From NCBI GenBank assembly GCA_023515795.1, contig JALGPX010000008.1, positions 62,001 to 126,000 of the forward strand: a DNA stretch of 64,000 nt, written 5' to 3'. Source of the DNA: Amoeboaphelidium occidentale. Taxonomy: Eukaryota. The notes under the pieces are model-generated. The model worked only from the letters and a program-made list of their open reading frames with translations, was not told the origin of the DNA and did no database searches. Every line of letters begins with the position of its first letter. Position 1 is the first letter of the stretch. A program made the position numbers and the translations under genes. Shown piece after piece: positions 10,708 to 22,597 of this stretch.

Positions 10708-11760
10708 ATGTCGTCATTCAGTTGCCTTTGCTTGAATGTCTGCATTTACACAAAAGACTCAAAAGAAGCATCTCATTCATTCAATGGATTCCTTAGAGAA
10801 TGTTTTACACTTCAGCAAGGCGGAGTTGTTTTTGCGCATCCCGTGCTCGTGGAACTCCGAGATGTCCGTGTAGGGAAAGATTCTACTCAGCTGCCTACGA
10901 GCGCAAGTTTTAAAGTGATATTCTGCGGTAACTGTTTCCTCTCTGTGGCCATTGCAGAAGTTTTGGAGTCATCAGTTACCAGCAACCCGACCTCCGGAAT
11001 TACGCTGTTCCCAAAAGGCGGAATGGTGTTGCTTTCCACAAATGCTAAAGATGAAACAGAACAGGCGCAATTGAAACTATCGCCAATGTATTCTTCGACG
11101 TTCAAGTTGATGATCATGAACAGCGTAATGGAAACTGCAACTGAAACTGCTTCAAAGGATTCTGATACTTCTGATTTAAAGGAAACCGATGCGTTACTTC
11201 GGCGAAAAGCTGAACAGGCCATGAATGCACTGGAATTAGAAATTGAGCGGAAAGTTGAGGCATATCGGAAACAGTTGCAAAATGAAGCAAAGACAGTCGC
11301 TACGAAGATTGAGCGGGAGCGAAATGCTCTTTGGGCTGCAATTGTTTACCATGCCAAAAAGCGCGACGCCGTTTCAAGTAATGCAACTGAGGCTGAACTA
11401 TCCAGCCCTCCTCTTGAAGGTCAGATATACTCCGTTACTTTGCCAAAGGATAGTATGGAAGAAGATAACTATGATATTGCGCTCAAAGATGACGAAGATG
11501 ACGATCAAATGGGTGAACCTATTGAGTTTGAAAGAGAGCCTCGATCCCTAAATACGAACCTGACAGCTGAAGGTCGGAATGATACGCAGAATATTTCCAT
11601 CCTGGCTACATCTGTCCCAATTGAGATACCACGCATTCAGACAATGAACATTAGAGAAAAAGACAAGGATGGATTCATTGCACCGCATATTCTATCTGCT
11701 CAGACTTACAAGGAGAATAATTCTTTGGCTCTATTTGGGGATCTCCCGCAGTCTAAATAG
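10708..11760 (+). CDS. Hypothetical protein with PRAS40/AKT1S1-like motifs
   Basis: N-terminal CLCLNV, coiled coil, acidic linker, ATSVPIEIP and terminal FGDLP. Confidence 0.5.
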   Translation: MSSFSCLCLNVCIYTKDSKEASHSFNGFLRECFTLQQGGVVFAHPVLVELRDVRVGKDSTQLPTSASFKVIFCGNCFLSVAIAEVLESSVTSNPTSGITLFPKGGMVLLSTNAKDETEQAQLKLSPMYSSTFKLMIMNSVMETATETASKDSDTSDLKETDALLRRKAEQAMNALELEIERKVEAYRKQLQNEAKTVATKIERERNALWAAIVYHAKKRDAVSSNATEAELSSPPLEGQIYSVTLPKDSMEEDNYDIALKDDEDDDQMGEPIEFEREPRSLNTNLTAEGRNDTQNISILATSVPIEIPRIQTMNIREKDKDGFIAPHILSAQTYKENNSLALFGDLPQSK

Positions 11761-11784
11761 AACTTTTCTTTACAATTCGAACAA

Positions 11785-13912
11785 ATGGTCGCAGGTAAAA
11801 CAGAAAGGGACATCGCAATCAAGCGACTTGTCAGCCTTCAGACGGGACTCAAAACGGAACGGAATTTATCGCTTTCTGTGGATTTTGTTAGAAATAATTT
11901 ATTAGCTTCGAATTACTCAACTTATACAAAGAGGGAAGTTCTTGGTGAGCTGAAGGAGCTTCTGAGAAAGTACAGAGTCAAACAGTTTTACGGTTACGAT
12001 GATAAATTGGCACAATGCATCGATCGCATTGAAAGATTCTTTACTCTGGACTTCTTTACCGAAGCGCTGGTATTATTGTTGACGTTGAAACAGGAGCCCT
12101 GTGGTTATATTGAAGTATTGGAACTAATGAAACAAGATCAGATTGTATCAACAACTAAACCCGTTGGCAGCGTGGTTCTCAGGGAAGGGACAGATTCTGA
12201 GAAGGAACTTACTTCTTTTGAGGCTATTTCAGATGATTCGGAGTGTAGCAGCGATCTTGCAGAGAATGTTGTTCCGTCTGTTACAAATGATAGCGATCAG
12301 ATTTCAGGGCTGCTTTGCCATGATTATTCTTTACTTCCACTAAAGCGTGTTGATTTCAGTCTGGTTGACTATTGGAATGGTAATGAGATCACAACGGAGC
12401 AGCTGATCAGGGAATTTATGCTCTTTCTCGCTTCAGCTGAAGTCAAAGAATTCAAAGTAACGCAAAAGCTAGAAAACACTTCAAGAGAGTGTCTCGGTAA
12501 TTTAATTCAAGAAATGATTGCTGTTGGTGGTCGTATCAAGTTTTTGTTGCAGCACGCGAAAAGCTTGAATACCGATCTCATTATTTGCAGTGCTTTGATG
12601 AAGGTTTCTTCTAAACTCTATGATGGACTGCACAAACTAGAACAAGAAATTTTTTCTTTTAAAGGGCGATTAACGATAGGGTGGTTTCTTAAAAGGCTCT
12701 ATCAGATTGATAAGAACAATAATCTTGATTTGATTGTGGAATTATGCTCATGTAAAGAAGACTCCGATTTGATTGCGCAGTTGTACATGTTATCTGCAAG
12801 GGGTTACTTGGCTGAACTTGACCCTTCATTTGAAAGCATTTTGAAGAATGTGCCTTTGTTCAATTTCACAGTAAAAGATCTGACTAATAAGTTCCTCATC
12901 AGCGATGATACAGCTGCAAAGTTTACGAAGATCAAAGAATTNNNNNNNNNNNNAAAGTATTTTGAAGAATGTGCCTTTGTTTAATTTCACAGTAAAAGAT
13001 CTGACTAATAAGTTCCTCATCAGCGATGATACAGCTGCAAAGTTTACGAAGATCAAAGAATTCTTATCAAACAGCAACGAAGATGCTATCTGTGTTGATT
13101 TATCAGGCGGGGGCATAGAGGTCAAGATCGATGGAGAATATGAAAGAATAGGACAGTTGATTCGACATCACTACTTGATAGAACTTAATTTAGTTCGTAA
13201 TGTGGAAGGAATATTTTCCTTTGTTTTGAATGATAATTACAAACTGATTGAATTGATGTTTGAGGATGTGGAATTGACTAGAATAAGGATCCTAGAACTT
13301 GATGAGTTTGTTACCCTGAAACAAGACAACGTAACACCGTCTGTTGATGCCTATGATTTTATCGAAAGCTGCAAAATGTGTTTCAGTCTAGGATCTTGTG
13401 CATCATTGGTTCCGCTAGAATTGGTCAGTTCTGTGCTCAAGTTGGTTTTTAAATTGAGATTCTGCTTATTTGTTCTGCACAGGGACAAGAATCCTTCTAC
13501 ATTACTTTTAAAACTGAAACTACAAAAGTTCTTTCAGGGCTTCTATGCATACATTCTCGATTTGGTGATATGTGCTGAATTGAATCGATTTAAAGTGATT
13601 CTAGTGAATAATTCAGATGGTTTTGAGATTCGCGAAAACGTAAAAACATTCTTTGAGAGTATCCTTAACAAATCACTGTTGAATGCACAAACGAAGAACT
13701 TGAAGAATGTCGTGGATAAAATGTTTGACTTGGTGCGAACCAAATTTGTTGTTGGAAGCTCTGAAGTACAGCAAACTGATTACAACGATGATCTTGCTCG
13801 CGTTGAAGCTGGGCATTCATTTTTATTGAATACTTTGGAATATTTAGTTTCTTCTGCTCCATTCGACTCTAATACTTCCCATCTTGAGGGTCTTATTGCT
13901 TACTGGAAGTAA
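11785..13912 (+). CDS. Divergent helical protein, possibly gamma-tubulin complex component (GCP5-like); interrupted by N-gap artefact
   Basis: The two ORFs join into one frame once the duplicated flank (12833-12941 vs 12954-13062) is collapsed. Weak GCP5-like KYRV..DDKLA and EQLIRE. Confidence 0.4.
12833..13062. repeat. Duplicated flank around N-gap (probable assembly artefact)
   Basis: 12833-12941 repeated at 12954-13062 with 2 C/T differences. Confidence 0.9.
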
Positions 13913-13918
13913 ATATCA

Positions 13919-14428
13919 TCATATTGCTAACTCTTTCAGAATCTCATCCTGCAACTGAATAAAATCCTGTAATCTTTTCTGTTCCAAAAGTTCATCTCTG
14001 ACTGCCGTTATTCGTACCATTGAACCGCTCTTAGTGCTCTCGGGTAAGAGGATCGAAGGGAACTCGATAATGTGGTGATCATCGGTCATTAGAATTGCGA
14101 CACCGGCATCCAGCTTGCTCACATACAAAGAGAATTCATTGTCTGAAGGAGGTGCAATCTCATTGGTTATGTCTTTAAGCTTGCCTTTTTGCTGGGCAGT
14201 CATGTTCTGGCCTAAAGTCTTCACCGGAGACACTTCCTCTGGAGATATTGATGGATCAGCTGTTTCAACTTCACTTAGCTGGCGTATTCTGTCAGTAATG
14301 TGTACAGCTGTATCTGCCAGGTTCTGCTGAGGCAATTCTGTGTGTGGCGAAGGAAGAGCGGTAGCGAAATTCTTTGGTGAGCTCGATTCGGGCGATGATT
14401 GTTGAGTGGAGTTCGCAGACGAAGACAT
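13919..14428 (-). CDS. Stand-alone Chs5 N-terminal domain protein (exomer-related)
   Basis: VSKLDAGVAILMTDDHHIIEFPSILLPE...GS.V matches the Chs5 N-terminal domain; the protein ends right after it. Confidence 0.75.
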   Translation of the reverse strand: MSSSANSTQQSSPESSSPKNFATALPSPHTELPQQNLADTAVHITDRIRQLSEVETADPSISPEEVSPVKTLGQNMTAQQKGKLKDITNEIAPPSDNEFSLYVSKLDAGVAILMTDDHHIIEFPSILLPESTKSGSMVRITAVRDELLEQKRLQDFIQLQDEILKELAI

Positions 14429-14440
14429 CAGAAAAACAAT

Positions 14441-14719
14441 TATTATAATCATAGGCTGTATTTCTATAATTTATTCTTGGAATGCACCACCGGCTACATC
14501 CTTATTAATCACAGTAGAAATATCACAAAATTTATCTGGCACCATCAAGAAATATCGTTCCATTGCTTCTCTGAANNNNNNNNNNTATTATAATCATAGG
14601 CTGTATTTCTATAATTTATTCTTGGAATGCACCACCTGCTGCATCCTTATTAATCACAGTAGAAATATCACAAAATTTATCTGGCACCATCAAGAAATAT
14701 CGTTCCATTGCTTCTCTGA
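14441..14719. repeat. Duplicated flank around N-gap (probable assembly artefact)
   Basis: 14441-14575 repeated at 14585-14719 with 2 differences. Confidence 0.9.
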
Positions 14720-17700
14720 AACGATTCTTGTAAAGCCGCGGACTGACAATCGTTGGCTCTTTTCCACCTCCGCCTAAAATTCCTGTTTCTTTCACCCAAC
14801 TTTCGAGTTTCTTATCCCACGTAAATGTCCTGATGAAATCAACAATGCCTACGATCAATTCGGAAGAGTTTTCATCAATTCCAACAAGAAGCGAATAGTC
14901 CATCACATTCTGCCTTGACAAGAAGAGCGTATCATTCCAGACTGAAGCTCTAAGTATTCTTTTTGAATGTTCTCTTATGAACAATGGATTGTGTCCCATG
15001 ATTTCCATGAGATTCTGATCTAACAGCACTTCATTCTGCATACCAGTAGACTGCACATGTCTGTTACGCATGGAACCTTTCAAGTCAAATATGTTCTTAG
15101 TGCTTCTCCTGTAAAATAAATTCTCCATAACCACAAGATCGATCTTGACATTCGTTGCCGCAAAGGAGGACCCCAAATTAGTTGGACCAGTAGAAGTACC
15201 TAAAGCACTAAGGGTAGATGCTGCTGAAGAGTCTGCGGAAGTTTTATATCCGATTCTATAAACTCCGAGTAGCTTCACCAAAACACTCGGTAAATCATGG
15301 AAAAATACTTGATCAAGATGTGCAAAGTAAGACGTTGCAAATCCCAGAAACGCTTCCATTTCAGGTTTGCTGAGCTGTTTCAAAATGAAACGATCATCCT
15401 TCGTTTTGAAAAACATGCTCCTGCTTTGGCCTCCTTTCGCTTTAAAATCAGAACAGCTCGCTAGAGATTGAATGAAGAATTCGTTGCTTCCAGTCAATTC
15501 TCTGACTGCATCAAACTGCTCCGCAAAATATGCTCGACAATAGCATTTCAAATTCCCAGCGGAAAATTCATACTTGATATGACTTCCACTTTTACTTAGT
15601 AATGAGGACTGTATATCTTGAGAAGCCTGCTTGATGTTTCTCATTTCATTTTGATAATGGAAGCTGTTCATCATATAAGCAATCATCGACGTAGGTTCAT
15701 CTTCCCTTATAATTATGTTTGAATCCAACATGAAATGATCAGAAGGTTTAACTCCATAGTCCAAAGGATTAAAATCGAAGTTATCGAAAAGTATGCTTGA
15801 TTGCTGCGGAGTCAACAAGGAAGTTATTTGTTTTGGCGTAGAGTTCATCCAGTATGAAGTAGATGGTGATACAGAAGATGGCCCTCCAGATCCTTGAGCC
15901 TGCATATAAGGAATCTTAACGAGGCGCTCATCGATGAAGCCAAGCTGAACTGCTTGCTGTAATAGCTCTTTTGTATTTTTGATCTGAAAGATAACTTCTC
16001 TTGACTCTTCCAAGAAACTTCGAATGAATGCCTCTCTGTCAGCATTTTTGATGGAATTCTCAAGATTGACAACCTCTTCGTCTTCATTTCGATCAGGAGA
16101 ATCGGGCCTTATATCTGGTAGTTCAAGAACGGTATCCTCTACAGCATCCTCTTGGTTCAAAAGAGAAAACATCTGCTCCCTGTCTTTCATTATCTCAATA
16201 CTCGCGGCTTTTATATCGCTCTCCAGATCCTCCAGAACCACACTGGCTCTCCACGTACTTCGTTTTTTGATGTTAAGATCGTCAGTAGGCGATTCTGGTT
16301 TAAGCTTATTTCGGGGATCACTAATAGGAGAGCTTTTAATGCTTGCTTTCCACTGCTCAAACTGAGTTGTGGTTATAATAAGTGGTAATTCTTTTCCTTC
16401 CTTTCCATCAACTTCTTTGTTCAATGCGTTGTAGTTATTGACTTTATCTTGAATCAAAATTAAAAGCTTCCTAGCTAATTTCAGAAACTCTTGGTCCCAT
16501 TCAATACAACACATGTGAAAATTAAGTCTGACCTTATTTAAACAAAGTAAATCTGACTCTGAAGATTCCCCAAAACACTCAAACAAATCGATAAGAAAGC
16601 GAGACTTGTTAGAATATAGCCGGTTATGAAATGATGGCATCAAGCTTTTCCAATCTGTCTCAGAAAATGAAAACAACTTTTGGATAATACTGCCAAAAAT
16701 CTGGAGTCGTTCCTCTACAGATGCAAAAAACTTCACGATTTGTATCCTTATTGTAGCACACTCATGCTCCTTTAGTTCGAAAACATTTGTCAACCGGATC
16801 ATCAGTGATGGCCGAACCAGCTCGAACAATCGAATCAGTTCAAGATCAAATGTGACACTCAGATTATTCAAAATAAAAGAATTGATAACATCTGCCCTTT
16901 GCTTGTGTTTGCAAACAGGCTCTTCTGTCGCACTTTTAATCTGAACGCTTCCTGCTCCCAAAGGCTGGCTTCCATAGAATCGCATCTCCAAAAACTTTCC
17001 AAAAGAATAATTCCAAGTCAAATCACTCATAGGAATAAGAGGAGTAACCAAGGAATCACAACTTTTACAGAAAGAATACATATAAACAACGCCATCATTG
17101 TAAGTAAAAGCGTTCCTGTTTTGATTAATACGAACATTCAATCTATAATTGCCATGAACATAAGACCTAAAATGATGTAGCAGCATAGACTTGTTGTCTC
17201 CACATTGCGGCGAAGGGCAAAAATAGTTCGAGTCGAAACAAAGCTCTTCCAAATACNNNNNNNNNNNNNNNNNNTAATACGAACATTCAATCTATAATTG
17301 CCATGAACATAAGACCTAAAATGATGTAACAGCATAGACTTGTTGTCTCCACATTGCGGCGAAGGGCAAAAATAGTTCGAGTCGAAACAAAGCTCTTCCA
17401 AATACTGGCCTAAAGCCATGTCTGTCTCTTTGTTGTAATATTGTATCAGGTGGATATCTGGCGGATGGCAGGGAAGCCTGGTGGAAATATTAATGTTGCA
17501 ATAGAGAATCAAAAGGTTCTGATGGTGAAATGGAGACAAAGCTTGATTTGTGTGGCTAAGTATATAATTCAAACCATCCAATATGTCTTCTGGTAAATCA
17601 ATGGACGGCTCAAATTTCTGATATGAATCTTCATCTTCTGTTTGTCTCAACAAGTATTGTTTGAATTTTTCATAGTCTTGATTTAAAACATTGATAAGAT

Positions 17701-20533
17701 TTATGTCATCTGAATTACGAATTGAAATCTCTTTCTTGATCATTCTATCCAAGAGATATGGTGCAGGAAAAGTAACCGTTGGACTAATGCTAAGAGCGAC
17801 AGAACGATAAGGAGCCAAATAACTTTCAAAGAGTATGCCATCTTGGAGTAATTCTGAATTATCAAGGAAGCTGTATATGGGTTGTCGGCCATCATCTCTT
17901 AGATATCCGCTTTCAAGCATCATGTTGTAATTTACCAGAGTCAACAAATCAGCAACACGTTTAATCTTTTGAAGTTCTGCCTTTGAAGATCCTCCTCTAA
18001 GAATTATGGTGCATCCCTTTTCGGGAACACAATCGTCAAAATATATAACCGTTTTGGGTTTTCCTTCGCCAGAGCCCTGATAGAATGTCTTCACATAAAA
18101 TCTTCCACAGGTTCCAAGCTTCAAATGGTTATAACTGAGGGTGATTCTGTCAAGCGATTTGCAAATTTCAGTATTCGTACATCGACTCACTGCCTCCATT
18201 ATTTGCGGTTTGACATTACTGCAGCAAATTATGTCAAACTCAAGCAAATACTCTAGTGCTACTCCAGAAACTTCCTTCTCGCACAATATGACATCCGGTT
18301 TTAGTTCGCTCATACGATGAATTAGTGAGTACAAATACTCTCTTTCTTGTTGAAGCACTGTCTCTAAAGACGTAAATCGCTTTTCTTGTGCTCGATCGTA
18401 AACAAGTGGAAAGCCAACAAGTAGTATTTTGGGATCATTCATGACTTGTTTCCGCAACATATGCTTGTGAAGAACGTTTTTCGAGAAAACTACTCCACTC
18501 ACAAACTCGCATGAATCGATTGCACCGCCCAAAATTTTCTTAATCTTCACATACTTTCTTATGTCAATATCATCACCCTGGCGAACATGAGGCTTAACAT
18601 TGTAACATACTTTCATCATCAGCTTCATGATCTCGTCTTCCCATTGATCTGCATTCTCTTGAATTGCATACTGGGAAAGCACTTGTTTTAAAAATTTTCT
18701 GACAAAGTCCAGCGCGTTAGTGTTCAGTTGTAGGACAGGTACTCCAGAACTTTGAAGATAAGATGAACTGTACACGGCTTGGCCCTCCAGAAGCGCAGGC
18801 TGTACATCAACGTCAATAGAAAGCTTCTTTGAAAACAATGGTGATGACGGAGCAGAAACAGTTAAATCTTCCTTATTCGCGGGAGGTATTAAGCTAGTGG
18901 CAATATCAAAAGCAATCGTCATATCTGTTGATGCAAAGATTCTCTTGTTTTCTTCTGTTTTTCTTCTGCGCTTCTTATCGTTCGTGGAAACATTTTGAGA
19001 GGAAAGGAAATGTACCAAGCTATCCGTTGGAGTATTTGATGAGTCGCTCTCCTCTGATAAAGATCCCAATTCTCTTCCTCTGAGTGGTCTAATAGTCTCA
19101 TCTGCCAAAGATTCGTCTTCAGAGTCTGGAAGACCGTCATCATCTTGAGAAACATATCTGAATGGCAAATCTTCCAACCTTTCAATCATATCAGTACGGC
19201 CTTGATGGCTGGGAAAAGTAGCAAGAGGAGATGATGGCAAGCCGTGACCACTTTGATTAAATAACCTTGCGAAAGATGTTCCGCTAGTAGTAAAGAACTT
19301 TCGAAAACTATCAAAAGAATTGGCAGTTTGACTGGAATTATTTTGAATACTAACATTTGTTGATGGAATTGAAATATTAGCGCTTGCAGACGGTGCAATA
19401 GTGGATTCAGAGGTAAAAGAATATGTTCTTGCCCATTGCTGTAAGGAGTTGGGAATATTAGCAACATCCACATTTAACGTATTGGTCAAAGTCATAGGAG
19501 TGGCGGGTTCACTCGCTTCGTATATATGATGAGTATTTTGGTATTCTAACAGCATCTTGTAGCAATAATCGCACGTTCTAATATCCCTCTGTAGCCCTAA
19601 TCTTTCGCCTGGAACAATATTACCGGCACACTTTCCACAAAAGACTTGACCGCATACTCTACAATGATGTCTTCGTCTGAAAGTAGTAAATGGCAGTTTG
19701 CACTGATGACATTCTTTGCTTATTTCATCTCTCATCCAGTAATCAGTTCTTTCCTCATTAACAGTTCTGCGTGCCTTGAATAAGTTCTGTCTCAATGCAG
19801 TATTTGCCGAGCGCAGTGAAGCAGCGGTAGAGTCTCGTCGCTTAGTCGGATATGAACTTTCATCGCTGGAAAGACGCTCAGCGGGCTTCTTCTGTAGCGA
19901 CGGAACATCCAAGTCTAAGTTCTGTTCCTGCGACAGCTCGCTAATGAAATCGTCGTCGAAACAATCACTAATGATGAATAGTCCTTCCTTCTTTCGCCTA
20001 CGCGACTGAGTATTTGATTTAGAGCTTTGAAGAGACAATTCCGGAACTGTCCGTTGATCTCTTTCATTTATAAATTCATCGGAATCTCGTGGCAAGGCAA
20101 GAGTATTTGTGCTTGTTGCAGCAGATGTATATCCCATAATTCCAAACTTTTTCCTTTGATTACCATTCATAGACCTCTCATAAGAAAGCGCACTATTTAC
20201 CAGAGGACTGACGTGAATGGTCCTGCTCTTTGGCCTAGCTGTATTGCTGAAGATTGTTTTTGGAGATTCAGCGACAGGAAGAGAATCAGTAGGAACCAGA
20301 ACATCCTTGACTTTCTTGATAAAAGAACTCAGAATATTAATACTAGGGTTGACTTCCTGTGCAGCAACTTCCTGGCTTTCGACTTTGCCCCTGCTTCCTG
20401 AAACTGATGCCCGATCAGTTGGGAACTTAATACCATCAAAACTTGTATAGTCAGAAAGCCCATTTGAAGGCGCAACCGATGAGCGAAATGATCTCCGTCC
20501 TCTTAAAGATTCTTTTTCTATATCGCTTTCCAT
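14616..20533 (-). CDS. FAB1: PI3P 5-kinase Fab1/PIKfyve; two N-gap artefacts
   Basis: FYVE (YWMRD, RRRHHCRVCGQVFC), CCT-like domain (YVKIKKILGG), PIPK domain (DLKGS, MDYSLL, TFTWDKKLESWVK). The stop region is duplicated at about 14472. Confidence 0.95.
17126..17405. repeat. Duplicated flank around N-gap (probable assembly artefact)
   Basis: 17126-17256 repeated at 17275-17405 with 1 difference. Confidence 0.9.
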
Positions 20534-20671
20534 AATTCAAATTCGTTACAATTTTCAAATGAGAAAAAGCCACCCATAAAATCTTGGGACAAGACAGAAA
20601 TTCCCAGTTTCAAACAGCCATGCTGAAATAATTCTACACAAAAATCCCTTGCTGCAGAGTTACGATGATAT

Positions 20672-22501
20672 TTATTCATTAGACTTCTGCAAAGAGGCAT
20701 AGGCGCGTATGAGCACGCCAGACTTCCTCAACTTTTGCCAGCTTCCTTCTCTGGATTTATCGAGCCTCAATGCAAACATTAAATCTGACGTTTGAACCCT
20801 TCTGTTATCCAAAGTCTTTTTTCTGATCTCAGGTCGAGGCAGACCAAATCCTGTTAAAGTTGAGGACTCTTTAGCATCTTTAGCGGACTTATTCGCATCT
20901 CCCTTGTTCCCAGAGTCAGCCAATTGATCATTCGAGGCATTTTTGTCAGTAGCATTAATATCATTACTATTTAAAGTTCCAGTCATCATCCATGAATACT
21001 TTGGATCGATACCCACGGCTTGCAATGCTGTTACATTAGTTTGACGAGCCCTGATGGCTTGATCGTCTCTTTCTTTCCAGTAATCTTTCTCCTTTCCTTT
21101 CTTCTTCTTTGTGTCTTTCTCCTCTTCTTCGGCTTCAGGCTCATCAAGTTTTGTAACTTGAGCTTCTTCCTCAACTCCAGCTTCTAGAATTGCGTTCCTT
21201 CCTTCGTCGCTAACAGAGCCTTTAAGAGTGTTCAAAGCCAATTTAATTTCCTTGTTCTTCTCAAAGCGTTCCAACCAAACCAGAGGACGTTTAACTGCAC
21301 CAATACGACTTCTTCTACCTTCCAATTCTGTTTTAGTCCCAGAAATAGCACACTCTCCATCAACTAATCCGATATCCCATCGTTCTCTGGAAACTTCGAC
21401 ACGATATTTGCTAGCTCTGATAGATTGCTGAAGCAAAACCTTTAGCCTCTGTTTCAGAGCCATACTCAAAAATGCATCTATATCACTAGCGACGTTCTTT
21501 AAACCGCAAACTTTTGCAACGCGACGAACTCTTGTTTGCAAAGGGCCAATTGGATCAACAAATGTTTGCGATGGACCTTCTTCGTCGTATTCTTCCATTT
21601 CAGATTCAGAGCTCTCCCCATAATTTCCAGCCTTTCCATGTGAATGTTCCAAATCCCTCATCATCATTTCAGACTCAGCTGTCAAGTCGACACCAGCAAA
21701 TTTGATCACATCTTGTAAATTTGAAGGATCAATAGCCGCTTCATTCGCAGGTAAATTCTGTACAGAACTGTCTTTCTGAACTTTTGGTTGCGCTACTGGT
21801 TCTTGGGGCGTTGGTGCTTGTGGAGGAGCATTAGCAGGTTCAGCTTTAGGAAGACGTCTCAAGTTGACCGATCCGGCAGATGTTTGCATATCATTAAAAC
21901 TTGCAGCCTGTTGCTGTTGTTGTTGCTGCTGCATCTGTTGCTTCTGAAGAATTTGCCTTTGTACTTGCTTCATGTGTGCTGATAATTTTGCGTAAGCTTC
22001 GTTCCCAACCAATTCCATCAGCCTTGCTTGGAAGATTTCGTTGCTGACCATCTTTCTCGTGAGCGCGTTAAATAATTCAATAAATAAGTTCGTATTCTCA
22101 GGGCTCATTTTGCATAAAAAGTTGAATAGGTATTCACGAATTGGACTGTTCAGTGGCAAAAGCTGCTGTCTCGGCTGAGCGCCACGGCTAGGCTGCGCTG
22201 CGGCTTGAGGATATTGCTGCTGCTGCTGTTGAGTCTGCATTTGAATGAACTGCTGCAATTCGTCCTGGCTCGAGCTTACAGACGTTCCAAATTGTTGCTG
22301 CTGCTCTTGCATTGATGCTCTGCCAGCCATTTGGTCCAAACTCATTTGTAGCCCAGACGAAGCGGAACCCATAAGCATGCTTTGTAAATCCAAACTAGCC
22401 TGTCTAGGTTGCTGCTGTTGTTGCGGCTGTTGTTGCATCTGCTGGCGAGATCTCTGGTTGAGCATACGCTCCAATTGATCATCGAGGCGATCGTCTGACA
22501 T
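20672..22501 (-). CDS. TAF4: TFIID subunit TAF4 with polyQ N-terminus
   Basis: DVIKFAGVDL..E, histone-fold helices, RQTNVTALQAVG..KYSWM, RRV..DLMFAL. Confidence 0.85.
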   Translation of the reverse strand: MSDDRLDDQLERMLNQRSRQQMQQQPQQQQQPRQASLDLQSMLMGSASSGLQMSLDQMAGRASMQEQQQQFGTSVSSSQDELQQFIQMQTQQQQQQYPQAAAQPSRGAQPRQQLLPLNSPIREYLFNFLCKMSPENTNLFIELFNALTRKMVSNEIFQARLMELVGNEAYAKLSAHMKQVQRQILQKQQMQQQQQQQQAASFNDMQTSAGSVNLRRLPKAEPANAPPQAPTPQEPVAQPKVQKDSSVQNLPANEAAIDPSNLQDVIKFAGVDLTAESEMMMRDLEHSHGKAGNYGESSESEMEEYDEEGPSQTFVDPIGPLQTRVRRVAKVCGLKNVASDIDAFLSMALKQRLKVLLQQSIRASKYRVEVSRERWDIGLVDGECAISGTKTELEGRRSRIGAVKRPLVWLERFEKNKEIKLALNTLKGSVSDEGRNAILEAGVEEEAQVTKLDEPEAEEEEKDTKKKKGKEKDYWKERDDQAIRARQTNVTALQAVGIDPKYSWMMTGTLNSNDINATDKNASNDQLADSGNKGDANKSAKDAKESSTLTGFGLPRPEIRKKTLDNRRVQTSDLMFALRLDKSREGSWQKLRKSGVLIRAYASLQKSNE

Positions 22502-22597
22502 CTTATTATCAAAAATCGAAGTTCTAAAGCGCAATAATCTGCAATACGTTCAGACGTTTCACATTAAGATTTAAGTACCTTGTTGAAGCATAAATAT

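Noticed and set aside
4751..20533. Functional TORC1/vacuole cluster (NPR2, PRAS40-like, FAB1)
   Set aside because: Unrelated genes are interleaved; proximity is expected by chance without synteny evidence.
21900..22445. CAG/CAA repeats as a repeat array
   Set aside because: These are polyQ-coding tracts of TAF4.
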